IMG/VR virus record: IMGVR_UViG_3300031957_002550
Coordinates: 1 to 46,636 of that record
Strand: one strand, 5' to 3'
DNA length: 46,636 nucleotides
DNA from: a virus
Taxonomy: Duplodnaviria > Caudoviricetes
Part shown: in pieces, positions 8,637-17,032 of the stretch
Numbering within the stretch: the first letter of the stretch is position 1
Layout of the letters: every line of letters starts with the position of its first letter
Notes under the pieces: model-generated
What the model saw: the letters and a program-made list of their open reading frames with translations, nothing else
Told to the model about the DNA's origin: nothing
The model's database searches: none
Program-made: the position numbers and the translations under genes

Positions 8637-8924
8637 TTAGACGCTTTCGATTTTCACGCCAACGATCACAGCAAGGGCTTGCAGAATGTCCCCGCCGTAG
8701 CAGTTGCCGGAGCCATATCCGCTCCCACGCGCTATGACGTCGCTATCGGAAGCCAGCTTGTTGTTGCTTTCCCATGCCGAAAATGCCTCATAGTCGTCTT
8801 CATCTGGCGCTGAATTTGGCCCGTAAGGGCTTTCACGGTACATCTCCCAATAGTCATTATCGACAATGAACGTGGCGCCGGGATTAGCCTTGATCAGCTC
8901 AACTAGGTCCTTCTTGTCACCCAT
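8637..8924 (-). CDS. Hypothetical protein
   Basis: SD AGGA; overlap coupling with upstream gene. Confidence 0.7.
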   Translation of the reverse strand: MGDKKDLVELIKANPGATFIVDNDYWEMYRESPYGPNSAPDEDDYEAFSAWESNNKLASDSDVIARGSGYGSGNCYGGDILQALAVIVGVKIESV

Positions 8925-9453
8925 TCAATTTTCCTTTCCTGTAGCTTGGGTTGCGAGCCAGGTATTTCTCCCGGTCCTTGTTCGTCGGCAGCTTGTTGCC
9001 TGACTTCAGTTTGCGGACAGGCCATTTGGAGGGCTTCGCCGGGCGATCCTCCCGCACGGCAAACCGCTTGCCCTTCGAGATAAAAGGCGTATCCTGTTCA
9101 TGGTTCTGAGCCTGGTTGTTGCCCCAGCTTTCGAGCTCAACGTTATCGAGCGTGTGACCGGGGTGCTCGAACGCTTCGCCTTCGCGCTTGCTCTTATTAG
9201 CTGACAGCGGGAACACATGGCCGATGGTGGCTTTATCATCCTCCCCAACGGCTTCCACACTGAACCGCAATCTTACTCCCGTCGAGTAACACAGGTAATA
9301 GCCTTCAGAGTCGGTTCTCGACTTCGCCAGCAGGGCAGCCACACGAATATCATGCGCAGGCAATCCCATCTTCTCAGCGCGCCGTCTGTGGCTATCGAGG
9401 GCTTTCTGAAGGCGGCCCAGCGTCTCTACGGGAAGGGGAGCGCGGTCAGTCAT
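8917..9453 (-). CDS. Degenerate HNH-like nuclease
   Basis: ATIGHVFPLS...GHTLDNVELESWGNN resembles the HNH core; basic C-terminus. Confidence 0.5.
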   Translation of the reverse strand: MTDRAPLPVETLGRLQKALDSHRRRAEKMGLPAHDIRVAALLAKSRTDSEGYYLCYSTGVRLRFSVEAVGEDDKATIGHVFPLSANKSKREGEAFEHPGHTLDNVELESWGNNQAQNHEQDTPFISKGKRFAVREDRPAKPSKWPVRKLKSGNKLPTNKDREKYLARNPSYRKGKLNG

Positions 9454-9731
9454 TGAAGACGCCGAAAATCAAAGCAAACACAGCGTAGAGGGAAAAAGCG
9501 GTCACTATCGTGTTGAGGACTATTCCGAGAATGTGCGCGCCCGCCACCCACAGCGGCGGATCGATGTTCCACAGCCAATAGTTCAGCGGCATGGACACCG
9601 TGAACACGGCAGAGCAAACCAAAAGCGCATAAAGGCGCTCACGCGCGGTTATTGTCTTTTTCTCACCCATCACACTCTCCCGTGTTAGTTGCTTCAATAG
9701 TTGCGAAAAGGAGGGGAGCGCGGTCAGTCAT
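9434..9731. repeat. Exact 20-bp direct repeat B (9434-9453, 9712-9731)
   Basis: aggggagcgcggtcagtcat twice, each at the 3' end of a small gene. Confidence 0.95.
9446..9673 (-). CDS. Small two-TM membrane protein
   Basis: SD GGGAG before GTG/ATG at 9673/9670; two hydrophobic helices. Confidence 0.7.
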   Translation of the reverse strand: MMGEKKTITARERLYALLVCSAVFTVSMPLNYWLWNIDPPLWVAGAHILGIVLNTIVTAFSLYAVFALIFGVFND

Positions 9732-9981
9732 GGGGTGAGCCCCACAACGCCTGCATCAGTTCTCGGTGGGCCTTGGCACGCTCTTCGTAGCGTTCTTTGG
9801 TGATATATCCGCCACCGCCATACTCGCCGCCGCAGACTGGGCATGGCACGTATTGGCACCCACACAGGCACATATCGCCACCACAATGGCATACGACTTC
9901 ACCACTCCCATCGCACCTGTCGCACACGACCATGTTTTCATCAAAATATGGATCGTCATCCAGCATCACACTCTCCCGTGT
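9668..9981. repeat. Exact 18-bp direct repeat A (9668-9685, 9964-9981)
   Basis: catcacactctcccgtgt twice; forms RBS plus start codons on the minus strand. Confidence 0.95.
9724..9969 (-). CDS. Cys-rich protein with DnaJ-type CxxCxGxG motif
   Basis: CDRCDGSG ... CPVCGG plus further cysteines. Confidence 0.7.
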   Translation of the reverse strand: MMLDDDPYFDENMVVCDRCDGSGEVVCHCGGDMCLCGCQYVPCPVCGGEYGGGGYITKERYEERAKAHRELMQALWGSPHD

Positions 9982-9990
9982 AGAGTGTGG

Positions 9991-10209
9991 CCGGTTTGTC
10001 GGAAAAGATGTTCCAATTGCCGCTATTGAGGCAAGAATCGCTCTGGTTTGTCAGGCCAAAGCGTGCAACCTGTAATGAATATTGGCCATTCGTCGCTATT
10101 GCATCTGATTTGTAATCAGAGGGTCGGGGGTTCGAGTCCCTCAGCCGGCACCAGTATTTACTACAGTTTGCGGCCATTGCTATTCCTCCGGTTTGTCGGC
10201 TGGTTTGTC
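9991..10209. repeat. Putative integrase arm-type sites
   Basis: GGTTTGTC at 9993, 10045, 10190 and 10202; exact CCGGTTTGTCGG at 9991 and 10188; they flank the att core. Confidence 0.7.
10101..10153 (+). other. attP: attP core, 3' half of tRNA-Thr(UGU)
   Basis: Anticodon arm tctga-TTTGTAA-tcaga, T-arm GGTTCGAGTCC, 3' acceptor strand ending CCA; no 5' acceptor strand or D-arm; ends 7 bp before the integrase stop codon. Confidence 0.9.
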
Positions 10210-11267
10210 TTGGTTCGTTTGTTCTGAACCTGTTCCGTTCCTGTTCTCAGCTTCCGAATCTTCGCGGCATTGATCTCGTCACGGGCCACATAGACCCGCT
10301 TCATGGCTTTCACGTCATCGATGGACCAGCCCAGCGTTTCGGCAATGTCCTCATCTGAGAAGCCTGCCCGGATGCAGTCAGTGGCGTAGGTGTTGCGCAG
10401 ATTGTGCAAGGTGCGGTCGATCCCGAGCAGGTCGCAGCGGTCATTCACCAGATCGCCAATCCGCCGCGGCTGGACAGGTCTGCCCCGATCCCCCGTCAAA
10501 AGCGTCACAGCATCGCCAGAGCGCGCCTTCAGGCCCGTGAGGAAGGATTGGGCGTCCGGTGTCAGCGGAATGATGACCAGCCGCTTCCCGCGCCCCTTGG
10601 ACGTCGTCCACTCGATATAGTCGCCTTTCCATGCAGGCCATGTGATGCGGGCCAGATCGGTCCGGCGCAGTCCGGTGTATCGCGCCAGCAGGAAGGCATC
10701 GGATTCTGTCTGTGAGGCGCCGTCGAGAAACGCGGTTGTCATCCACTCATCAAAGGGGCGCTTGTCGTCAGGGCGCTCGTACAGGTTCGGAAGGTCAGCA
10801 GCCGGATTGTGCAGGATCAGGCCGCGCGCATGGGCATAACCGAGCGCAAGGGACAACGCCTGCACATTCAGGTCAGCCTGCCTGCGGGATACTTTGGCGC
10901 ACTCATGCTGCCAGTTGATGATTGCGCCCCTGAACCGCCTGTCTTCCATCACCGGAATGGAGGCGGCCCCGAACTCCTTGCGGGCAATGTCCAGCGCATA
11001 CTGATAGCCTGCGCGGGTCGCCTCGGCGCGGCTCAGGAACTTGTCGCTGGCCAGATAGTCCTCAATGAATTGTGCGCAGTCGCCTTCGGGCTTGCCTGAT
11101 CCTGGTTCGCTGTCCACGGCTTCTTGCCAAGCCTTCAGGAAGGCGGCGGGAAATGGCTGGGACATGGGGTTATCCATGCAGTCGAAGAACCTTGTCCCAG
11201 CTTCGGTGTAGTAGTATATCTTGAGCCGACCGCTGGCGAGTTTCTTGTGTGTCGTCCGGTACTTCAT
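10161..11267 (-). CDS. int: Tyrosine integrase
   Basis: TGLRRTD (R), TSKG (K), HNLR, LGW, KRVY (Y); adjacent to attP. Confidence 0.93.
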   Translation of the reverse strand: MKYRTTHKKLASGRLKIYYYTEAGTRFFDCMDNPMSQPFPAAFLKAWQEAVDSEPGSGKPEGDCAQFIEDYLASDKFLSRAEATRAGYQYALDIARKEFGAASIPVMEDRRFRGAIINWQHECAKVSRRQADLNVQALSLALGYAHARGLILHNPAADLPNLYERPDDKRPFDEWMTTAFLDGASQTESDAFLLARYTGLRRTDLARITWPAWKGDYIEWTTSKGRGKRLVIIPLTPDAQSFLTGLKARSGDAVTLLTGDRGRPVQPRRIGDLVNDRCDLLGIDRTLHNLRNTYATDCIRAGFSDEDIAETLGWSIDDVKAMKRVYVARDEINAAKIRKLRTGTEQVQNKRTKTNQPTNRRNSNGRKL

Positions 11268-11455
11268 GCCGCGCCCCGTTTCTTCTGCCAGTTCTCGAAG
11301 GGGTCTTGTTCGTTAGCCGCCCCTTCCGGGGTCAGTATAGCGATACGATCACCGTCAATGACAAGCCCGCCGACCTCCATGCCAGCCGCTTTCCACAGGT
11401 CGAGCAATGTCTCGATCCGCTTCTTGAGCTGAAAAGGTGTCAGCGGCCTGCTCAC
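11264..11455 (-). CDS. Putative excisionase/recombination directionality factor
   Basis: Small gene coupled to int; GTG start after SD GGAGG; call rests mainly on position. Confidence 0.5.
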   Translation of the reverse strand: MSRPLTPFQLKKRIETLLDLWKAAGMEVGGLVIDGDRIAILTPEGAANEQDPFENWQKKRGAA

Positions 11456-11689
11456 TTCCCGTCCTCCGAAATCCTGAAGCATAGAGAATGCAACTCGGTG
11501 AGAAGATCTAGCGCGGGTAAACCCTTCTCATACGCTTGCCTGCGTGCCCGGAAGAACTCCTCTTCGTTCATGTGCGATAGGTCTGGATTTCTCGCCAGCC
11601 ATGTAGCCTGCCACGCACTGAGGGCTTCAGCGATCAAGGCAAGCTGATCCGCAGTAATGGTTGTCTGTCTGCTCACTTCCCGTCCTCCG
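11448..11689. repeat. Exact 21-bp direct repeat (11448-11468, 11669-11689)
   Basis: ctgctcacttcccgtcctccg twice; contains SD and GTGA stop/start overlap. Confidence 0.95.
11452..11676 (-). CDS. Hypothetical protein bounded by direct repeats
   Basis: GTGA coupling at both ends. Confidence 0.7.
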   Translation of the reverse strand: MSRQTTITADQLALIAEALSAWQATWLARNPDLSHMNEEEFFRARRQAYEKGLPALDLLTELHSLCFRISEDGK

Positions 11690-12077
11690 TGGATAGAGCG
11701 CGGAGAAGGGCGAGGACGGCGTACTTCGGCATCGTTCGGTGGTCTTCGTCGCCGCTAATGAGCCACAAGTCCACGCCTTTATCGAACACCCCCACAAACT
11801 GTTCGCGGGTCTCTGTCTTCCGCTCACACAGGGCTATGGCTGCGTCTAGGGATTGCGTGTAAGGTGGGCACTGATAGTGGACATCAAAAAGAGGGTGATC
11901 GATGCCGACGCCTTCGAGAAAGTATCCCCCGTATTTGTTGGCTGGCTGCCAACTGTCAGATGGGAGGTCTAGGCTTGCAAACTTCTCCGGCATTGGCATG
12001 CCGACTCGCTCAAACACCAGCGCATCCAACTCCCTTGAACCGCCTTCTTTCTCTAAACGCGCAATAAGATCAGTCAT
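11673..12077 (-). CDS. Hypothetical phage protein
   Basis: SRELDA and PPYTQSLDAA motifs recall a common phage family; coupled to neighbours. Confidence 0.7.
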   Translation of the reverse strand: MTDLIARLEKEGGSRELDALVFERVGMPMPEKFASLDLPSDSWQPANKYGGYFLEGVGIDHPLFDVHYQCPPYTQSLDAAIALCERKTETREQFVGVFDKGVDLWLISGDEDHRTMPKYAVLALLRALSTEDGK

Positions 12078-12570
12078 TGGGGGTGTCCTTTAGGGCCAAC
12101 AGGATGGTCTTCCGGCATTCAGAAAGCCCGGCGTTGTACCCTTCCACGTGGCAGCTCTCGTAACCGTATTCGTCCTCTGATGGGTACTCAGCGTCCTCGA
12201 TGGCATTGATTTTGCCCAAAACCTCCCGCAGCCTCTCATTCTCTTCCTGTAGGGCGGCTGCATCCCGCGTATCAGGTTCCGCCCCTTCCTCCGCCACAAC
12301 ACTCGCAATCTCTTCCAGCCCGACTCTCCATTGAGCCGGGTCTTTCATTCCGAGGCCGTGGTACTTGATGGTGAGACGGCGGACGGACTGGAGGTCTGCC
12401 TGTAGGGCGCGGATGGTGGCGATCAGATATGGAATGTCATCGACACTTTTAACTAACGCGCGTATCAGCTCCTCCCTTTCGGGAGGCTCCCACTCATCGG
12501 TAGCCATAACCTTGATGACGAGACTAACGCGCCGCGCCTCGATCTCCTCCACTTTCACTTCATCAGTCAT
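12070..12570 (-). CDS. Hypothetical protein
   Basis: Overlap coupling with both neighbours. Confidence 0.65.
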   Translation of the reverse strand: MTDEVKVEEIEARRVSLVIKVMATDEWEPPEREELIRALVKSVDDIPYLIATIRALQADLQSVRRLTIKYHGLGMKDPAQWRVGLEEIASVVAEEGAEPDTRDAAALQEENERLREVLGKINAIEDAEYPSEDEYGYESCHVEGYNAGLSECRKTILLALKDTPND

Positions 12571-12734
12571 TGGTCTGGCCTTTCGTAGTTCTCAAGCAGG
12601 TCAGCCGTGGCCTGATCCTCAGTCTCGCCCCACCCATAGGGGCCATCTTCCTCATAGCCGTCCCAGTGAGCAGACCAGTCATGGGAGCGGGTCGGTATTG
12701 GGGGGAAATGAAAAGTTGTAACTACGTGTGTCAT
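12567..12734 (-). CDS. Small phage protein, 55 aa (not in ORF track)
   Basis: MTHVVTTFHFPPIPTRSHDWSAHWDGYEEDGPYGWGETEDQATADLL...; ATGA overlaps at both ends. Confidence 0.75.
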   Translation of the reverse strand: MTHVVTTFHFPPIPTRSHDWSAHWDGYEEDGPYGWGETEDQATADLLENYERPDQ

Positions 12735-13129
12735 CCCACTTCATCCTTCTGCTTAAGGTCTATGCCGCGCTGTGCGGCCTCTGCGTTTATCAATTCAATC
12801 AGGTCCGAGAACTCACGCTTGCCGAGCTTGCTGGTCCGAAGCCCAGCCGGGAACCAGCGTGACCCATCCAGCGAGGGCAGGATTTCCTGCTCATGGCCAA
12901 GGGCCTCCATCATGATACTTTTCCACTGAAAGTCCTTGAACGTCCGCCCCTGGATTTCCCCGTGCCGCTCGAACTCTTTCAGGCAAGGCCACATCAAGCG
13001 GTTTTGCTCGTCTGTTCTGGTCGGCTCCCGTGCGATCAGCATGTAACCGTATGGGTACTGTGCGATCTCACGGAAGGCCGTTTCCAGTTCGGCGCGGGAG
13101 GTAATCAGGGAGGAGCGCAGGGTGGCCAT
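12731..13129 (-). CDS. ninB: NinB/Orf-family recombination protein
   Basis: RTDEQNRLMW, WK, TSKLGKREFSDLIELI. Confidence 0.85.
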   Translation of the reverse strand: MATLRSSLITSRAELETAFREIAQYPYGYMLIAREPTRTDEQNRLMWPCLKEFERHGEIQGRTFKDFQWKSIMMEALGHEQEILPSLDGSRWFPAGLRTSKLGKREFSDLIELINAEAAQRGIDLKQKDEVG

Positions 13130-14133
13130 TAGAACCTCACGGACACATTCGGCACAGAGTCAGAAACGATAGCCAGAACGATCTTCTTTGCGGCCTCCTC
13201 ATCAACGTCCCCATGCTCCATAATGGCCTCTTTGGCGGCTCGCATGATTGAGGATCTGTGTTTCTGGTCGGCTTCGCGCTTGGCCAGCGCTTCTGCCTCG
13301 GCTTTGCGCTCGCGCTCCCGCCGATCCAGCTCTGCTTGTGCGGCCTCAGCCTTCTTGCGTTCTTCGTCCAGAGCGGCTTGAGCCTTTTGCCGCTCCTCGT
13401 TGGCCGCGCGCTCTGCGGCAGCCTTTTCAGCGCTGGCAATGCGTTCGGCTTCTACCTTAGCTTCAGCTTCCTTCCGCGCGCTTTCGGCTGCAAGCCGCTC
13501 AATCTCGGCCTTTTCGGCGCGCAGGCGCTCCAGCTCGGCGCGGTCCTCAGCTTCCTGCTTTAGCTTTGCGGTTGACGCATCAAGGGCCTCAATAGCTGCG
13601 GAACGCTCGGCCTCCGCGACGGGCGCTAGGTCACCGAACATATCCGGGTCGATGTCTGATTCCTCAATAGTTCGACGAAGAGAAGAGATGTCACTAAGGT
13701 CCGTCTGGGGTAGTAGGGCATCGTAATAAAGCGTGCGCAGATGGGTGACGCGCTGCTTTTTGCGTTCCTCTTCCTGCTCCCATTCGGTGACGGGCTTTCT
13801 GGCCAGATCCCGGAGGCTGTCCATCTCGTCAACAATGCGCTTTTTGACGGCGTTGACTTCGTTGACCGCCTTGCGGTGCTCCTCCGTGAGGGCCTTTCCC
13901 GTGTTTTCAAGCTTCACCTTGCGCTTGGAAATCGAGTGAGCGAGCGATTTTATCGCATCCCGCCCGCTGGTTGTTTCAAGGTTTACCGAAAGGCCTTCGA
14001 TTTCCGCCTTGATAGAGTCAACCAGAAGGTCCACCATGCCCGCCTCGCGGTAGATCGTGGCCGGATCTGATTCCAGGATTTCCCCGACATCAGCGGAGTT
14101 GTGACCGATAGTTGCGATTGTTGCCTCTGTCAT
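13129..14133 (-). CDS. Coiled-coil phage protein of the recombination module
   Basis: Long E/R/A/K-rich helical region; coupled to neighbours. Confidence 0.75.
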   Translation of the reverse strand: MTEATIATIGHNSADVGEILESDPATIYREAGMVDLLVDSIKAEIEGLSVNLETTSGRDAIKSLAHSISKRKVKLENTGKALTEEHRKAVNEVNAVKKRIVDEMDSLRDLARKPVTEWEQEEERKKQRVTHLRTLYYDALLPQTDLSDISSLRRTIEESDIDPDMFGDLAPVAEAERSAAIEALDASTAKLKQEAEDRAELERLRAEKAEIERLAAESARKEAEAKVEAERIASAEKAAAERAANEERQKAQAALDEERKKAEAAQAELDRRERERKAEAEALAKREADQKHRSSIMRAAKEAIMEHGDVDEEAAKKIVLAIVSDSVPNVSVRF

Positions 14134-14762
14134 GCTGCTTCTCCAATGCTGAGGGCTTCTAAGGCGGACACCTGCGCAGACACTTCTCGCAAGAAGGCTG
14201 AAACCTCGGTCTCCAGTTCAATGATTTTTGATTGATCCCGATGAACCCTCTTCACGAACAGCGACAGGTGCGCAGGCAGGCGCGGGTCAAAAGAAACGAA
14301 GTCGCACCATTGGCGACCCGTGCAGGCCATCTGCCACATCATCTGTGTGATGTACTTCGATGGAACTTTCCCGCTCAGCAGCGTGTCGATGTGAGTGGCC
14401 GTGTTAGGGGCTTTAATCTCGACAAGGCCATCGTCTCCGACATAGCCATCAGGGCTTGCGCCGCTGTCTGGGATTGACGGGTGAATCACAAACTCCGCCT
14501 TGGTGACTTCCATTCCGTCAGCGTGCAGGAAGGCGTAGGCATCGCGGGCCTCTTCCTCGTGGTCCGTGCCCCACTGCATGGCGGCGTTGGAGTAGGATTC
14601 AGCAACCGCGCCAGTCAGGCGCTCGGCAACCAGCTGGGCCTTGTAGTTCTTCCGGCTAGCAGAAGGGCCGCTCTTGGTCTTGGCGATGATGTCTGCGATC
14701 TTGCTGGCTGTAGCCTTGCCACAGCGCTGCGCAAACCATTCGGGTGAGCCTTGTTCGATCAT
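14130..14762 (-). CDS. YqaJ/lambda-exonuclease family protein
   Basis: QGSPEWFAQRCGKATAS, GASPDG, LVEIKAP, QMMWQM. Confidence 0.93.
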   Translation of the reverse strand: MIEQGSPEWFAQRCGKATASKIADIIAKTKSGPSASRKNYKAQLVAERLTGAVAESYSNAAMQWGTDHEEEARDAYAFLHADGMEVTKAEFVIHPSIPDSGASPDGYVGDDGLVEIKAPNTATHIDTLLSGKVPSKYITQMMWQMACTGRQWCDFVSFDPRLPAHLSLFVKRVHRDQSKIIELETEVSAFLREVSAQVSALEALSIGEAA

Positions 14763-15508
14763 TGTGCGGACTCCTCTTTGGGCAGTTTGGCTTCGAGAAT
14801 CTTCTTGAGCGGCTCGAAGTTTTTCAGGTGAATATCGGCCATTCCATCGACCTTGGCGTACTTGAAGAACTTGGTGCGGTCGGTGCCTGTCGCCTTGATC
14901 AGATCATCCAGGACGGTCATCTCTTCGGGGCCTAGCGTTTCGGGCTGTGGGCCTGCGCCATTCCCGTCATCGTCCTTGGTGGCGATGTCGAAAATCATCA
15001 GCTTGAGATAGCGGCGTCCGTATGTGGTGGACGATCCGAAAGCGTGCGTATCGGTCTTGTTGCGCGTTCCCTTGATGCCTGTGGCGTCAACAGGGATGTT
15101 TGCCTCATAGTGACGCTCGTGTCCGTCCTCGTGCAGAAGATCACAGACCATCTTGTAGTGCCCTTCCATGTCGGAAGCGGCTGTTCCAAAGGTGGGCGCA
15201 AAGCCGTGGTCTGCCAAGATGGGGTCAATTGCGTCGGCTACGGCATCCAGATCCACATAGTGGGATTTTGTCTGCTGATTGTACTTGTTCCGAACGAGCG
15301 GTTTGATAGCCTTCTTTGCAGCCACGAAGTCGCGGTTGAATGCGGACTTGGCGTTGCTGGCCTGTTGGCGCTCCTGCATCTCCAGAAGCTTTTCCATCTT
15401 GGCCACATCGAAATTCGGATCGGTCGCGGCGCGTTCGATCAGGGCAAAGATCGGATCACTCTGAACAGCCCCTTCCTGCTCGACAATATCGTATTGGGTA
15501 TCAGCCAT
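14759..15508 (-). CDS. ERF-family single-strand annealing protein
   Basis: LLHEDGH and AFGSSTTYGRRY signature; next to the exonuclease. Confidence 0.88.
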   Translation of the reverse strand: MADTQYDIVEQEGAVQSDPIFALIERAATDPNFDVAKMEKLLEMQERQQASNAKSAFNRDFVAAKKAIKPLVRNKYNQQTKSHYVDLDAVADAIDPILADHGFAPTFGTAASDMEGHYKMVCDLLHEDGHERHYEANIPVDATGIKGTRNKTDTHAFGSSTTYGRRYLKLMIFDIATKDDDGNGAGPQPETLGPEEMTVLDDLIKATGTDRTKFFKYAKVDGMADIHLKNFEPLKKILEAKLPKEESAQ

Positions 15509-15689
15509 TGTTCATTCCTTTCTCGTGAAACGCGTCGCACTTTGCGTGGTCATGCTCCGAAATAAGCAGGGTGACTCCGTGCTTGTCCTCGCAGTGCCAT
15601 TTCCGTCCCAGCGGGGTGTTGAATGGCAAACGGCAGATCGGACATGCCAGGGGATGCTTGCTTGTGGGTGTGAGGTTGGCGGGGGTCAC
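15501..15689 (-). CDS. Small C2H2 zinc-finger protein
   Basis: CPICRLPFNTPLGRKWHCEDKH; SD AGGAG. Confidence 0.6.
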   Translation of the reverse strand: MTPANLTPTSKHPLACPICRLPFNTPLGRKWHCEDKHGVTLLISEHDHAKCDAFHEKGMNNG

Positions 15690-15988
15690 GCCGCTCTCCT
15701 CTCGATCTCAATTGCGATTGTTTCCGCAGCCACAGCCGCGCGATAATCCCTGAACAGCCCGGCAATGATGGTCCGTGCCAGTTCCAGTTCGTCCCTCAAA
15801 AAGGCCCGGAAGTTATCGCCAGCGCTTGCATAGGCGGCTTCCAGTTCCTGCCAGTAAGGGCGGTAGCTCTCGAAGGCTTGCTTCACATCAGCCAGGCGCT
15901 CGGCTGCGAAGGCTCCCTCTATGGCGCGTGACTGGATGGGGCAGCGCATCGGGTGGCGGGATATGTGGTGGGAGAGGGGGAAGGTCAT
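15686..15988 (-). CDS. Hypothetical protein
   Basis: SD GGAGG; coupled to neighbours. Confidence 0.65.
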   Translation of the reverse strand: MTFPLSHHISRHPMRCPIQSRAIEGAFAAERLADVKQAFESYRPYWQELEAAYASAGDNFRAFLRDELELARTIIAGLFRDYRAAVAAETIAIEIERRAA

Positions 15989-16449
15989 TGGTCTGCCTCC
16001 GCTTGAATGCGCCCATAAAGAACCGCTTGAAACAGCGCGACCCTGTCCGCCTTCTTGGTGAGTGACAGGCGCTGAGCTACAGCGTTCGCAGCAAGGAATT
16101 TTTTGGCAAAATACTCCTCGTCGGTGGCGACAAAGTTCACACCATCCTTGATCCAGCTATTGAATTTTCCTTCGGATGGCTCGTAGTGGCGACCGCCAGA
16201 CAGCAAGTCGTAACCGAGTTCTGAGAACACATCTGGAATGCGATCATTTGTCAGGACAAGGAAGTCGTGGTCGCTTTTATCGTGCGCGGCACCGGGGATC
16301 GTCTGGGACCCAACCGGCCACATAAAGCCCTTCTTAGCAATCGCATCATAGTGCGCCTGCGGCATGGCTTCAGGTGCCTCAGAAATCGGTTGAGGGTATC
16401 CCCGCCATCTGCGCCTTATTGAATACTCTGTTAAGCCGAAAATGTTCAT
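15985..16449 (-). CDS. Putative Pol-beta-superfamily nucleotidyltransferase
   Basis: PVGSQ...SDHDFLV matches hGS-x(n)-DxDh. Confidence 0.6.
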   Translation of the reverse strand: MNIFGLTEYSIRRRWRGYPQPISEAPEAMPQAHYDAIAKKGFMWPVGSQTIPGAAHDKSDHDFLVLTNDRIPDVFSELGYDLLSGGRHYEPSEGKFNSWIKDGVNFVATDEEYFAKKFLAANAVAQRLSLTKKADRVALFQAVLYGRIQAEADQ

Positions 16450-16724
16450 GCCGCTTCCCCTTTCCGATAGTGTTGGTCTGCGGGTGGTTCAGGGATGAAC
16501 ATCCACTCGGCGGGCGCGTGCTCCCCAAACGTCTCGTGCCATCCTGTTGCGCCGTTCCTGCCATCAAGGAACATCCACGGCTCGTGGTCATCGTGCAGGA
16601 ATCGGTCAATCCATCCGATTACCGCCATGCGCGGTCCGAAGGATGGAAACTCCTCGCCGACGCGAAGCCATACCGGCGTCCCGTCCCTCGGCGCTTCATC
16701 CATGTTTGGGTTCCAGCCCATCAC
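16446..16724 (-). CDS. DUF551-like phage protein
   Basis: EAPRDGT...PAEWMFIPEPP. Confidence 0.7.
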   Translation of the reverse strand: MMGWNPNMDEAPRDGTPVWLRVGEEFPSFGPRMAVIGWIDRFLHDDHEPWMFLDGRNGATGWHETFGEHAPAEWMFIPEPPADQHYRKGEAA

Positions 16725-17032
16725 GCGGCTCCTTTCAGCTTGTAATATTGATCGGCGCGAGCCATAATCTGCTTGTAGAGTTTCTGGATTTCGCGGGCGT
16801 CTGGTTCCAGTTCGCAGTCCGGATCATCCATCGGGACCGAGACGAAATCTTCGTCGAACATGAGTTCAACATGCTGGGCGAGGCGATGAAGCTTCCCGTG
16901 CTTCAAGTAAGTCCTGAACAGCCCATCAAGGACCATCCGAAGCTCACCGTCTGCAATCTCATTGAACCGCTCTTGCTGGCTCATCTCTTTGCGATGGTGG
17001 CTCTGTCTTTGGTCGTAGGCTGAGGTGAGCAT
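16721..17032 (-). CDS. Hypothetical protein
   Basis: SD GGAGG; TGATG coupling. Confidence 0.65.
   Translation of the reverse strand: MLTSAYDQRQSHHRKEMSQQERFNEIADGELRMVLDGLFRTYLKHGKLHRLAQHVELMFDEDFVSVPMDDPDCELEPDAREIQKLYKQIMARADQYYKLKGAA

Noticed and set aside
10078-10153. Complete tRNA-Thr gene
   Set aside because: No 5' acceptor strand (GCCGGCT) or D-arm upstream of 10101; only the 3' half is present
9956-10177. ORF 9956..10177 (-)
   Set aside because: WCRLRDSNPRPSDYKSDA is the antisense translation of the tRNA fragment
7164-11689. CRISPR array or attC integron reading of the direct repeats
   Set aside because: Each repeat has only two copies, spacers are whole genes, and I see no cas genes or attC-type hairpins
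12570-12929. Plus-strand 119-aa ORF
   Set aside because: Antisense to ninB and a coupled 55-aa gene
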